64,000 bases of DNA from an uncultured Bacteriovoracaceae bacterium. Lineage in GTDB: Bacteria > Bdellovibrionota > UBA2428. The notes under the pieces are model-generated. The model worked only from the letters and a program-made list of their open reading frames with translations. It searched no databases and was not told the DNA's origin. Below, one piece after another: positions 56,475 to 64,000 of this stretch; positions within the stretch are counted from its first letter, which is position 1; each line of letters begins with the position of its first letter. Location: contig CAZSSP010000004.1 of NCBI GenBank assembly GCA_964609695.1, forward strand, positions 47,090 through 111,089, given 5' to 3'. The position numbers were made by a program, and so were the translations under genes.

Positions 56475-57214
56475 AGACACCTAATAATTGTATTTTGCTA
56501 ACCGGAGCTGCCGGCGGAATTGGTTATGTCATTGTTAAAAGCTTGGCTGAGCAAGGATTTAAAATTCTTGCGACGGATTACGCTGATAAATTAAAAAAAA
56601 TTAAAACATGGCCTAAAAATGTTGAACTTTTTGCTGCTGATTTAACAGATTCAAAAGAGGTCGATAAACTTTCTAAAGAGGCTCTTAAGCTTAAGATTAA
56701 TGGCATCGTTCATTGCGCCGGGTATGGAGGGCCTTTTGTTGATATCGTTGAATCTTCATTAGAGGAATGGAATAAAGTTTTTGCGATTAATGTGAATAGT
56801 TTGTTTATCATTTTAAACAAAACGCTTAGTTCTTTTGTAAAGGCAAAGTACGGAAGAATCATCGCCATATCGTCAATTCAATCCTTAATGGGTTCACCGG
56901 GGTCTGGGGCCTATGTGTCTTCGAAGCATGCGCTCAATGGATTGATTAAAACTGTCGCCGCAGAATTTGCACCAAAGGGTATAAGGGCCAATTTAATTTG
57001 TCCTGGTTATATTAAAAGTCCCATGGGTGCGAATGATAAAAAAATAGATAATTACACTCAAAAGGTTTTAGAAAGAACTCCTAATAGAAAGTTGGGAGAA
57101 GCCTCCGAAATCGCTCGATTGTGTTCTTTTCTCTTGGAAGCCTCAAATGATTATATTAATGGAAGCGTGATCACAATTGATGGAGGTATAAGTGCCGATG
57201 TGGGTGTTCTCTAA
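56471..57214 (+). CDS. Short-chain dehydrogenase/reductase (FabG-like)
   Basis: LTGAAGGIGY, NVNS, catalytic YVSSKHAL, IRANLICPG. The ATG overlaps the upstream stop (ATGA). Confidence 0.85.
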   Translation: MKTPNNCILLTGAAGGIGYVIVKSLAEQGFKILATDYADKLKKIKTWPKNVELFAADLTDSKEVDKLSKEALKLKINGIVHCAGYGGPFVDIVESSLEEWNKVFAINVNSLFIILNKTLSSFVKAKYGRIIAISSIQSLMGSPGSGAYVSSKHALNGLIKTVAAEFAPKGIRANLICPGYIKSPMGANDKKIDNYTQKVLERTPNRKLGEASEIARLCSFLLEASNDYINGSVITIDGGISADVGVL

Positions 57215-57770
57215 AAGAAATCTTTTAATATTTCCGATCTTTGCTGTTTTTTCTTGTTTTGGAAATTCTAATTGTGATCGTCCTTTGTATCCCCACCCGA
57301 TTGTAGCTCAAGAACAGGGGCATTCTTGTGGTGCTGCATGCTTGAGAAGTATTTTTTATGCTCGAGGTTTGTCCGATACATCAGAAGAAGTTTTGTTAAA
57401 TGAACTTCAGAGCAGCCCTGAGTATGGGACTTCTCCAGATTATTTAGTTGCAGCGATTTTACGACGAGGTTTTGGTGCTTATTCCCAGTTTTATTTAACA
57501 ATTGAACAATTGGATTTTTTTGCGCGTCAGGGTGAAAGCATTATCGTAAGTCTTATGAGTCACGGAGTTCCACACTATGCAGTTTATAATGGATTCGACG
57601 GTTTTAATGTATATCTAATGGACCCATGGTCAGCTCGAACTAATGGAAACTTACAGCGAGTTGTTCCATGGCAAGAATTTCTAGCAGAGTGGTATTATAG
57701 AGATACGACTCGGGCATTTTTTGGGCATGTGATTCGTGTATGGTCTCAGCCTAGTCCTGCGCAGCCCTAA
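57192..57770 (+). CDS. Secreted stand-alone C39-like (papain-fold) cysteine peptidase domain protein
   Basis: GGAGG SD plus GTG start, and a signal peptide. The pattern QEQGHSCGAACL ... PHYAVYNGFDGFNVYLMDPW matches the Q/C/H/D arrangement of peptidase C39. Confidence 0.6.
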   Translation: MPMWVFSKRNLLIFPIFAVFSCFGNSNCDRPLYPHPIVAQEQGHSCGAACLRSIFYARGLSDTSEEVLLNELQSSPEYGTSPDYLVAAILRRGFGAYSQFYLTIEQLDFFARQGESIIVSLMSHGVPHYAVYNGFDGFNVYLMDPWSARTNGNLQRVVPWQEFLAEWYYRDTTRAFFGHVIRVWSQPSPAQP

Positions 57771-57773
57771 AAT

Positions 57774-59690
57774 TTATTCAACAGTTGGGAAGAAATCTAG
57801 TTTTTCGCCTATGAGATGTCCTGCATTAATTGGGATTCCAATCTCATCAACAGTAAAAACTGAAGCATCCAATTTGAGGGATTTTCTGAGTTTGTCCATG
57901 GTTTCTGGGACAAAAGGATAAAGCATAATCATAATGTTTTTTAAAACATAAAAACAAGTATATAGAGCGTCGCTTCGTTCCTTTATGGGGTGGCGGTCAT
58001 CGTGTGGCTTGAATTGAGTGAAGAGACTGTTGATTTGTCTTGCGTAGTTTTCGATTAAATTGAGTAAGGTGATGTAATCTGCTTTTTCCATTGAGCGCAA
58101 ATATTTTTGAAAAAGTTTTGTGGTTTCTGCTTTAACTTTTTCATTGAGCTCTCCCTCAGGAATTTTGCCATTAAATTTTGAATGACAAGCAGAGATAGGT
58201 TTTTCAAAAGCTGCATTGAGCGGACCAGCTAAGAACTTGTTTCGTTCGTTTAAAGTGTTGAAGTCAAAGTTCGAACCCTTTTCAGGGAGACTTAAGGTGG
58301 CTAAAAAATATCTAATTTGATCGGCGGATAATTTCTTTTCTTCTATTAGCTGATCTCCGGTGTAAAAATTACCTTTAGATTTGCTCATTTTTTCACCATC
58401 TACCATCAGGTGGAAGGCACTGAGCACATCGGTCAATTGAAACTCGCCTGGCTTGGGGAGTCTGTTAATATCTTCTTGGGAGCCGATCCACATGGCCCCT
58501 TGCATGAGCACATAAAAATAAACATTGTCTTGTCCCAAAAATTGATAAATACGAGCGTCGGGGTCGGTCCAAAACTCTTTGTATTTTTCGTTAGATTGAT
58601 TTTTTATCTTTAAGGCTAATTGAGAAAATGAAATTGGAGCGACTAAGGAATCTGGCCAAACATAAAAAGTTTTCCCAGCCATATCTGGGTCTAAGTCTGT
58701 CGGCATAGGAATTCCCCATGCGACATCTCTCGAGATTGAACGATGAGCCCAGCCGTCCATTAAGGATGAGGCGATCCCCGCTTTTTCTAAAAGACTTTTT
58801 GAAGTCATTAAATCGCTTTTGTTTTCAAATTGAAGAAGAACTTTTTTTCCCTGAGCGTATTTGCTTTTGTGTTTGGGAAGAGTTTCTTTAAGGCCTTTGT
58901 ATTGTTCTTCAAATGAATTTGCAAAACTCAACGCAGGTAAAACTGTGTTAAGGGCTTCTGTGTATACAGCAGTTCTCCAGGTTTTTTCTTTGCCTTGTAT
59001 CCAAACTCGCAAAACTTCAGAAACTTTCCAAAGATCTAGCCACCAGTGAACAGTTTCTTTGAGTTCGGGAGTGGCATTGCTCATGGCGCTTTTAGGGTTG
59101 ATGAGTTCTGCAGCTTCATATTGGGCACCACAATCATCGCATTGATCGCTAAAAGCCGATTCGTTGCTACATTTGGGGTTAGGACATTTTCCTTTTACAA
59201 AGCGATCTTGAAGAAATCTTTTTAGTTCAGGATCAAACCATTGAAGACTAGTCTTCTTTTCGAGCATTCCGTTTTTATGCAAACGTCGTATGAAGTTTTG
59301 AGAAAGTTCTTTGTGAATTGGAAAGCAATCAGGTTGTGATGTTCCGGAGAAAAGGTCAAAACTAATGTTAAATCTTTTTAGAGTTTCTAATTGAGTCTCA
59401 TGAATTTCATCAATGAATTGTCTGACGGCTTTGCCCGCTTTAACTGCAGCCAGTTCGCTAGTCGAACCATGATCATCGTTTCCTGAAATAAATAAAACGT
59501 TTTCGGCACCAACAAGCATTCGCATATATCGAGCATGAATATCGGGAGGAACAATAGCACCCGCGAGGTGGCCTAAGTGAATCGGGCCGTTGGCGTAAGG
59601 CATTCCTGCGGTGACTACAACTTTTTTGGGTCTAAAAACTTGCTTCTTTAGATCTTCGATTGAGGGGGCCTTAAATTGAGGCGAATTCAT
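57774..59690 (-). CDS. metG: Methionine--tRNA ligase
   Basis: HIGH-type PYANGPIHLGHL, Zn knuckle CPNPKCSN...CDDCG, KMSKS. Confidence 0.95.
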   Translation of the reverse strand: MNSPQFKAPSIEDLKKQVFRPKKVVVTAGMPYANGPIHLGHLAGAIVPPDIHARYMRMLVGAENVLFISGNDDHGSTSELAAVKAGKAVRQFIDEIHETQLETLKRFNISFDLFSGTSQPDCFPIHKELSQNFIRRLHKNGMLEKKTSLQWFDPELKRFLQDRFVKGKCPNPKCSNESAFSDQCDDCGAQYEAAELINPKSAMSNATPELKETVHWWLDLWKVSEVLRVWIQGKEKTWRTAVYTEALNTVLPALSFANSFEEQYKGLKETLPKHKSKYAQGKKVLLQFENKSDLMTSKSLLEKAGIASSLMDGWAHRSISRDVAWGIPMPTDLDPDMAGKTFYVWPDSLVAPISFSQLALKIKNQSNEKYKEFWTDPDARIYQFLGQDNVYFYVLMQGAMWIGSQEDINRLPKPGEFQLTDVLSAFHLMVDGEKMSKSKGNFYTGDQLIEEKKLSADQIRYFLATLSLPEKGSNFDFNTLNERNKFLAGPLNAAFEKPISACHSKFNGKIPEGELNEKVKAETTKLFQKYLRSMEKADYITLLNLIENYARQINSLFTQFKPHDDRHPIKERSDALYTCFYVLKNIMIMLYPFVPETMDKLRKSLKLDASVFTVDEIGIPINAGHLIGEKLDFFPTVE

Positions 59691-59809
59691 AGCTTAGTTA
59701 TAAGGTCGGAGTGTCTTGAAAACAAGAAACTTTGTTATAAGAGCTATACATTTTGTCCACTTGCCAAATTAAAAGACTCCTCCATAATCAAGTTTGAGGA
59801 TTTTGTTTT

Positions 59810-61210
59810 TTGAGATCAAAGCACCTTTTGTTTTTTGCCTGTTTAGTTTTTCTTGGGGCTTGTGCCTCGTTGTCACGAGATGACAGACATCAATATGTTT
59901 TGCTTCAGAGTGAACCATCGGGAGCACAAGTCATTGAAAATGATAAAGTGATTGCTCAGACTCCTGTATTTTTAGACCAAAGGCGTTCGTTTTCTCCAGA
60001 ATTAAAGTTGACCTATAAAGATATGTCTCAAAACGTTAAATTATCGACTCGCTACGATTGGGGACATAGTTTTTGGCCGAATTTAATGTTTTTTTATTTC
60101 GCGCCCATAGGGTGGTTAACAGATATTATTACGGGCGCTGCCTGGAATCTAAAGGATCCTCCTGTCGTAAGGTTTCAATCTAAAACAAATATAAACTATG
60201 AATCGCAAAACGTTGTGGCTATAGCGCCACCTAAAGCTTCATCAAAAGTTATGTCTGACAAGGCTGCTTTATTTTGGGAAACGAAGACTTCTCAAATGTT
60301 TAAGGGAGCTAAATTTCTACCGTATCACGACACAAAAGATTACTTTTTTAAGCATCTCTATAATCATGAACAAAGACCAGGACGAGAAGACGAATATTCT
60401 ATATTCGGAAAAATTAAAAACGAATGGGTTTTTGAATCTGAGGTTTTAGAGAAAAAAGAAAAAAATATATTAAAAGGTACTTTTAGAAATGTTTTTACTG
60501 GAGAAAAGAAATATCCCCAAGAACTTGAAGTTTATGATCATGATTTAAGTAAATCTAAAAAAATTCCGTGGTATGCACGTGATGATGGTGTTTTTCAGTT
60601 CGTTCCAAACACATTGAGTTTCGATTTAGGCTCTAATGGCGTTGAGCTTGAGTCTGGCTCTGAGGTGTATAAAGCAAAGCCCTCTAACACTCTTAATGAA
60701 TGGCAAAAGATGCTTTCAATTGTAAAATCATTTGGAATAACAAGACTTCAAACTCTTTATCATGAAAGTGGATACCATTGGCAGTTTCACTTTGTTCCAG
60801 CTTTAATGTTTTCTTATTCTCAGATTTATTTTCCAGAACTTAAGCCGATTAATGATCAATCCTTTAAATATTTTCAATTAGGCGCTGGATATGGTGCTCA
60901 ATTAGGATTGCAAAATGGCGCCCATTTTTTTTATATCTCGATAATTCCTATTTTAAGTTACTATAAATTAAAGTGGTCCACCTGGGGGACTTCTCATAAA
61001 ATAACTCAAACTGTAGTTAATAGTAGATCCGAGCTTGGTTATTTATATTTTTGGACTCATCATTTTGGAACTAGGCTATATACAAAAGCTTCTAGTATGC
61101 CTTCTTCGATGTGGAATAAAGCTTTTGCAACTGTTGCGCCTAATGTGCCAAAAATTTCTAATGGCTTTGATTTATCCGCAGGTCTTTCTTTAAGTTATAC
61201 TTTTGATTAA
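59810..61210 (+). CDS. PEGA-domain lipoprotein with a probable beta-barrel C-terminal region
   Basis: Lipobox FLGAC and PEGA-like LLQSEPSGAQVIENDKVIAQTP. The C-terminal part is rich in aromatic/Gly strand ends (…GLSLSYTFD). TTG start. Confidence 0.55.
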   Translation: MRSKHLLFFACLVFLGACASLSRDDRHQYVLLQSEPSGAQVIENDKVIAQTPVFLDQRRSFSPELKLTYKDMSQNVKLSTRYDWGHSFWPNLMFFYFAPIGWLTDIITGAAWNLKDPPVVRFQSKTNINYESQNVVAIAPPKASSKVMSDKAALFWETKTSQMFKGAKFLPYHDTKDYFFKHLYNHEQRPGREDEYSIFGKIKNEWVFESEVLEKKEKNILKGTFRNVFTGEKKYPQELEVYDHDLSKSKKIPWYARDDGVFQFVPNTLSFDLGSNGVELESGSEVYKAKPSNTLNEWQKMLSIVKSFGITRLQTLYHESGYHWQFHFVPALMFSYSQIYFPELKPINDQSFKYFQLGAGYGAQLGLQNGAHFFYISIIPILSYYKLKWSTWGTSHKITQTVVNSRSELGYLYFWTHHFGTRLYTKASSMPSSMWNKAFATVAPNVPKISNGFDLSAGLSLSYTFD

Positions 61211-61255
61211 AGGCGGTATTTGTCGCGCCTATGATTGCGCTCTTCGCTCAAAAAA

Positions 61256-61333
61256 TGGGGTGATCGACGGGAGTTGAACCCGCGACATCCAGAATCACAA
61301 TCTGGCGCTCTAACCAACTGAGCTACGACCACC
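61256..61333 (-). tRNA. tRNA-His (anticodon GTG) with encoded G-1 and encoded 3' CCA
   Basis: Minus strand reads G-GTGGTCG-TA-GCTC-AGTTGGTTA-GAGC-G-CCAGA-TTGTGAT-TCTGG-ATGTC-GCGGG-TTCAACT-CCCGT-CGATCAC-C-CCA. This is a full cloverleaf, with G-1 pairing to C73. Confidence 0.92.
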
Positions 61334-61370
61334 ACGTAAGGGGAACAAGCTAGCGGATTTCATTTGTGAA

Positions 61371-62807
61371 TCAAGTGGAGATTTTTACGCTCCAGGCAGT
61401 GCCATCCAGACCATCCATAATAAGGAGTCCTTCAGCCTCTAGGTCCTGGCGAATTTTATCAGCTTCATCAAATTTCTTTTGAGCTCGAAGTTCTTCTCTA
61501 AGTTTAAGGGCATCATCTACGCGTTTACAAAAGCCCTTTTCTTTGCCCATTCTGTTGATTCTACGATCTTCAATTTCTGATAGGGCCTTATCCGAAGCTT
61601 CTAAACAAAGAGCAAATATTTCTTGAAAAAGGGCGAGTCCTGAAGCCCAAGCTTCCCAGTCTGCTTTGTCATTAGTTTTAAAGGCTTGTCTTAATGCTTT
61701 TAATAAAAAGCCCAGGGCTTTAGCGGTATTAAAATCATCGAAAAGAGCTTCTTCCATTTCTTTAGTGAGTGTGTTTTGTGAATAACTAATGGATATCTTT
61801 TGTTGCTCGAGAATTTTGCGGCCATGATAAAGTCGAATGACGAGCCCTTCAGATCGTAAAATAGATTCATCAGAAAAGTCTATTGGGCTGCGGTAGTGGT
61901 GTTGTAACAAAAGTAAACGGAGGGTTTCTGCTCCAAAGCGTTCAATAAAGTCTTTGGTGAGGAATATATTACCAAGCGACTTCGACATTTTTTCGCGTCC
62001 AATGGTGAGAAGTCCATTGTGAATCCAATAGGGCGCAAATGTTTTTTCGTTGGCCGCTTCGCTTTGTGCAATTTCATTTTCATGATGGGGAAATATTAAG
62101 TCCAGTCCCCCCATATGAATATCGAGACCATTTGGAAAATGCTTTTGAACCATGGCCGAACATTCAATGTGCCAACCGGGTCGACCGGCACCCCAAGGAC
62201 TTTTCCATTCAGGCTCGCCTGGTTTTGCGGCTTTCCATAAAGCAAAATCAAGAGGGTTTTCCTTCATTTCGCCTGGCTCAATCCGAGCCCCTACAAGCAT
62301 GTCGTCTAGTTTTCTTTTAGAAAGCTTACCGTAGCCTTTAAAATCATGAACTCTGAAATAAACATCATTTCCAAATGGAGTTGTGGCCGGATAAGCCATT
62401 CCTTTTTTAATGAGAGTCTCAATCATCGAAAGCATGTCTGGAATATGTTCGGTGGCTCGAGGCCTTACGGCTGGGTCTTGAACCTTGAGTGCCTTCATTT
62501 CGTTTACGTATTGAGTCTCGTAGGTTTTGGCAACTTGATCTGTTGAAGAGCCTTCCTTTTGTGCAGCTGCTATAATTTTGTCGTCGACATCGGTGATATT
62601 GCTTGCCCACTTCACAGAATAGCCCGCTTTTTTAAATATGCGTGCTACTAAATCTGAAACGATGGAAGCGCGAGCATTACCTACGTGAGTATATGAATAA
62701 ACAGTAGGTCCACAAGAATAGATGTCTACATGACCAGGAACGCGAGATTTAAATTCTTCACGTTTTCCGCTCAGCGTATTATGCAAAAAAATCTTGGCTT
62801 GAGACAT
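61371..62807 (-). CDS. cysS: Cysteine--tRNA ligase
   Basis: HVGNARA (HIGH) and KMSKSLGN. The tracked ORF starts at 62846; the ATG at 62807 (MSQAKIFLHNTLSG) fits the family N-terminus better. Confidence 0.93.
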   Translation of the reverse strand: MSQAKIFLHNTLSGKREEFKSRVPGHVDIYSCGPTVYSYTHVGNARASIVSDLVARIFKKAGYSVKWASNITDVDDKIIAAAQKEGSSTDQVAKTYETQYVNEMKALKVQDPAVRPRATEHIPDMLSMIETLIKKGMAYPATTPFGNDVYFRVHDFKGYGKLSKRKLDDMLVGARIEPGEMKENPLDFALWKAAKPGEPEWKSPWGAGRPGWHIECSAMVQKHFPNGLDIHMGGLDLIFPHHENEIAQSEAANEKTFAPYWIHNGLLTIGREKMSKSLGNIFLTKDFIERFGAETLRLLLLQHHYRSPIDFSDESILRSEGLVIRLYHGRKILEQQKISISYSQNTLTKEMEEALFDDFNTAKALGFLLKALRQAFKTNDKADWEAWASGLALFQEIFALCLEASDKALSEIEDRRINRMGKEKGFCKRVDDALKLREELRAQKKFDEADKIRQDLEAEGLLIMDGLDGTAWSVKIST

Positions 62808-62855
62808 ATTAAAAGCTTTATGGGCCAAAGGCCCATCTTCAGTCAATTAGTCGCT

Positions 62856-63362
62856 CTAATTAACAGCTTCTAAAGTGTTTTCAAAAATCTCTTTGATTTC
62901 GTCTTCAATGGTTTCTTCTTTGATCTTTTGGGCCAAAGAAAGTTCCTTAACAAGAAGACTTTTCGCAGTGTCGAGCATCTTGCGCTCGCCGAAACTTAAA
63001 TCTTTATCGGTTTTAAGGCGATAAAGGTCTCTAAGAACTTCAGCAATTTCATAGATGCTGCCAGTTTTAATTTTTTCCATGTATTCGCGATATCGACGAT
63101 TCCAAGTTTGAGAATCGGTTGCAGTTTCTTCGGCACGCAAAATCTTATAGATTTTTGGCACGTCTTTTTTGGTGATGATAGAGCGAAGGCCAACATCTTT
63201 GACCTTGTCTGTAGGAATTAAAATAGTGCTACCGTTTTCAAGTAGCTGCAGAATGTAAAAGTATTTTTTACGACCTGCTACGTCCTTTTCTTGAACGCCC
63301 CTAACGACCCCAACACCGTGAGATGGGTACACAGCATTGTCTCCGACTTTAAATATTGCCAA
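62856..63362 (-). CDS. carD: CarD/CdnL family RNA polymerase-binding transcription regulator
   Basis: FKVGDNAVYPSHGVGVV N-terminal Tudor-like motif. TTG at 63362 is preceded by GGAGG with 8-nt spacing; the tracked ORF begins at TTG 63377. Confidence 0.88.
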   Translation of the reverse strand: MAIFKVGDNAVYPSHGVGVVRGVQEKDVAGRKKYFYILQLLENGSTILIPTDKVKDVGLRSIITKKDVPKIYKILRAEETATDSQTWNRRYREYMEKIKTGSIYEIAEVLRDLYRLKTDKDLSFGERKMLDTAKSLLVKELSLAQKIKEETIEDEIKEIFENTLEAVN

Positions 63363-63499
63363 GGATTTAACCTCCAATCCTTTGAAAGTTCTACCCTTCG
63401 AGGCTTGACTCTCCCTCAGTCGGATCTTAAATCATTCTAAGATCCTAAGGAGGTCCTGCTCTTCGAAGTCTCTCTTTAAGAGTACGCAATATACACTAA

Positions 63500-64000
63500 G
63501 TGCCTCAAAATTACAAGGTTTTTCTTGCCTCTCAGTCTCCTCGTCGCCGAGAACTTTTGGGAAGTTTATTCAATAATATCAATATGTTAGACGTTTCCTT
63601 TGACGAGCCCAAATGCTTGTTAAAAGAAAAGTCAACGGATTTTATGTGGAGATGCTTAGAGGTTAAGTGGCAAAGCGCATCTTCGGTTTTGCCGCGCAGC
63701 GCAAGCGGATTGCTAGTGGTGGCAGATACTATGGTTGTTCTAGGTGGGGAATTATTAGGAAAGCCGGAATCATTTAAAGAAGCTCAAAAAATGCTTTCAA
63801 TGCTTTCTGGAAAAAGACACGAAGTCCTTACGGCGTTTCAGTGGGGCCTCTGGAAGAATAGAAATTTAATAAAATCTCATAAAAAAATCGTGAGCTCCAA
63901 AGTTGAATTTAGAAATTTGAAAGCAAAGGAAATTGTTCAATACATTAAAACGGGTGAACCTATGGATAAGGCAGGCTCATATGCTTTTCAGGGAATTGGT
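63500..64000 (+). CDS. maf: Maf-like nucleoside triphosphate pyrophosphatase (5' partial; runs off the window; not in the ORF track)
   Basis: GTG at 63500 follows an in-frame TAA. Translation MPQNYKVFLASQSPRRRELL ... VVADTMVVLGGELLGKPESFKEAQKMLSMLSGKRHEVLTAF ... DKAGSYAFQGIG matches Maf motifs (ASxSPRR, DT, GKP, SG..H, KAG.Y). Confidence 0.85.
   Translation, partial: MPQNYKVFLASQSPRRRELLGSLFNNINMLDVSFDEPKCLLKEKSTDFMWRCLEVKWQSASSVLPRSASGLLVVADTMVVLGGELLGKPESFKEAQKMLSMLSGKRHEVLTAFQWGLWKNRNLIKSHKKIVSSKVEFRNLKAKEIVQYIKTGEPMDKAGSYAFQGIG

Overview
AT-rich (about 40% GC by eye) bacterial chromosomal window, densely coding, with intergenic gaps all under about 200 nt. Gene content and order look like the origin-proximal core of a Bdellovibrio-like (Bdellovibrionota/Oligoflexia-type) genome; this is inferred from synteny only. 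In order: yidC-jag-mnmE, histidine phosphatase, a periplasmic alpha-carbonic anhydrase, and mnmG-rsmG-parA-parB-bactofilin. Next comes a seven-gene F1Fo ATP synthase operon (b'-b-delta-alpha-gamma-beta-epsilon) with no a/c subunit genes. Then radA, glycerolipid genes (PlsC-like, glpK, plsB, glpQ), rpe-fmt-def-lepB, an LptF/G permease, an LpxH-like gene, glk and priA. Then a leucine/HMG-CoA catabolic cluster, pckA, an M48 peptidase, a hybrid sensor kinase operon, two SDRs plus a C39-like peptidase, metG, tRNA-His, cysS, carD and the 5' part of maf (missing from the ORF track). I saw no rRNA, CRISPR array, transposase, integrase, phage gene or recognisable defence system, and I cannot point to one clear-cut novel multi-gene system. 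The most unusual items are lineage-specific. (1) A secreted Gly/Cys low-complexity protein with three tandem CGMSPCGGG modules and its own strong terminator, divergent from an OM barrel gene. (2) A small disulfide-centred locus: an orphan Flp/TadE-like prepilin, a TlpA-like oxidoreductase and a 6-Cys secreted miniprotein. (3) A four-gene envelope/sensor operon and, divergent from it, a tight SDR-SDR-C39-like peptidase operon. (4) A eukaryote-style RGG tail on Jag/KhpB. (5) mnmE, whose conserved N-terminus lies upstream of any canonical start codon. (6) Two near-consensus parS sites inside rsmG, and parB translationally coupled to a bactofilin gene. (7) A leucine-catabolism cluster with a 71-aa stand-alone biotin carrier, no biotin carboxylase, and a variant PPP-like phosphoesterase coupled to it. 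(8) A C8/G8 homopolymer in the divergent pckA region. All functional calls come from motif recognition by eye; no database search was run.
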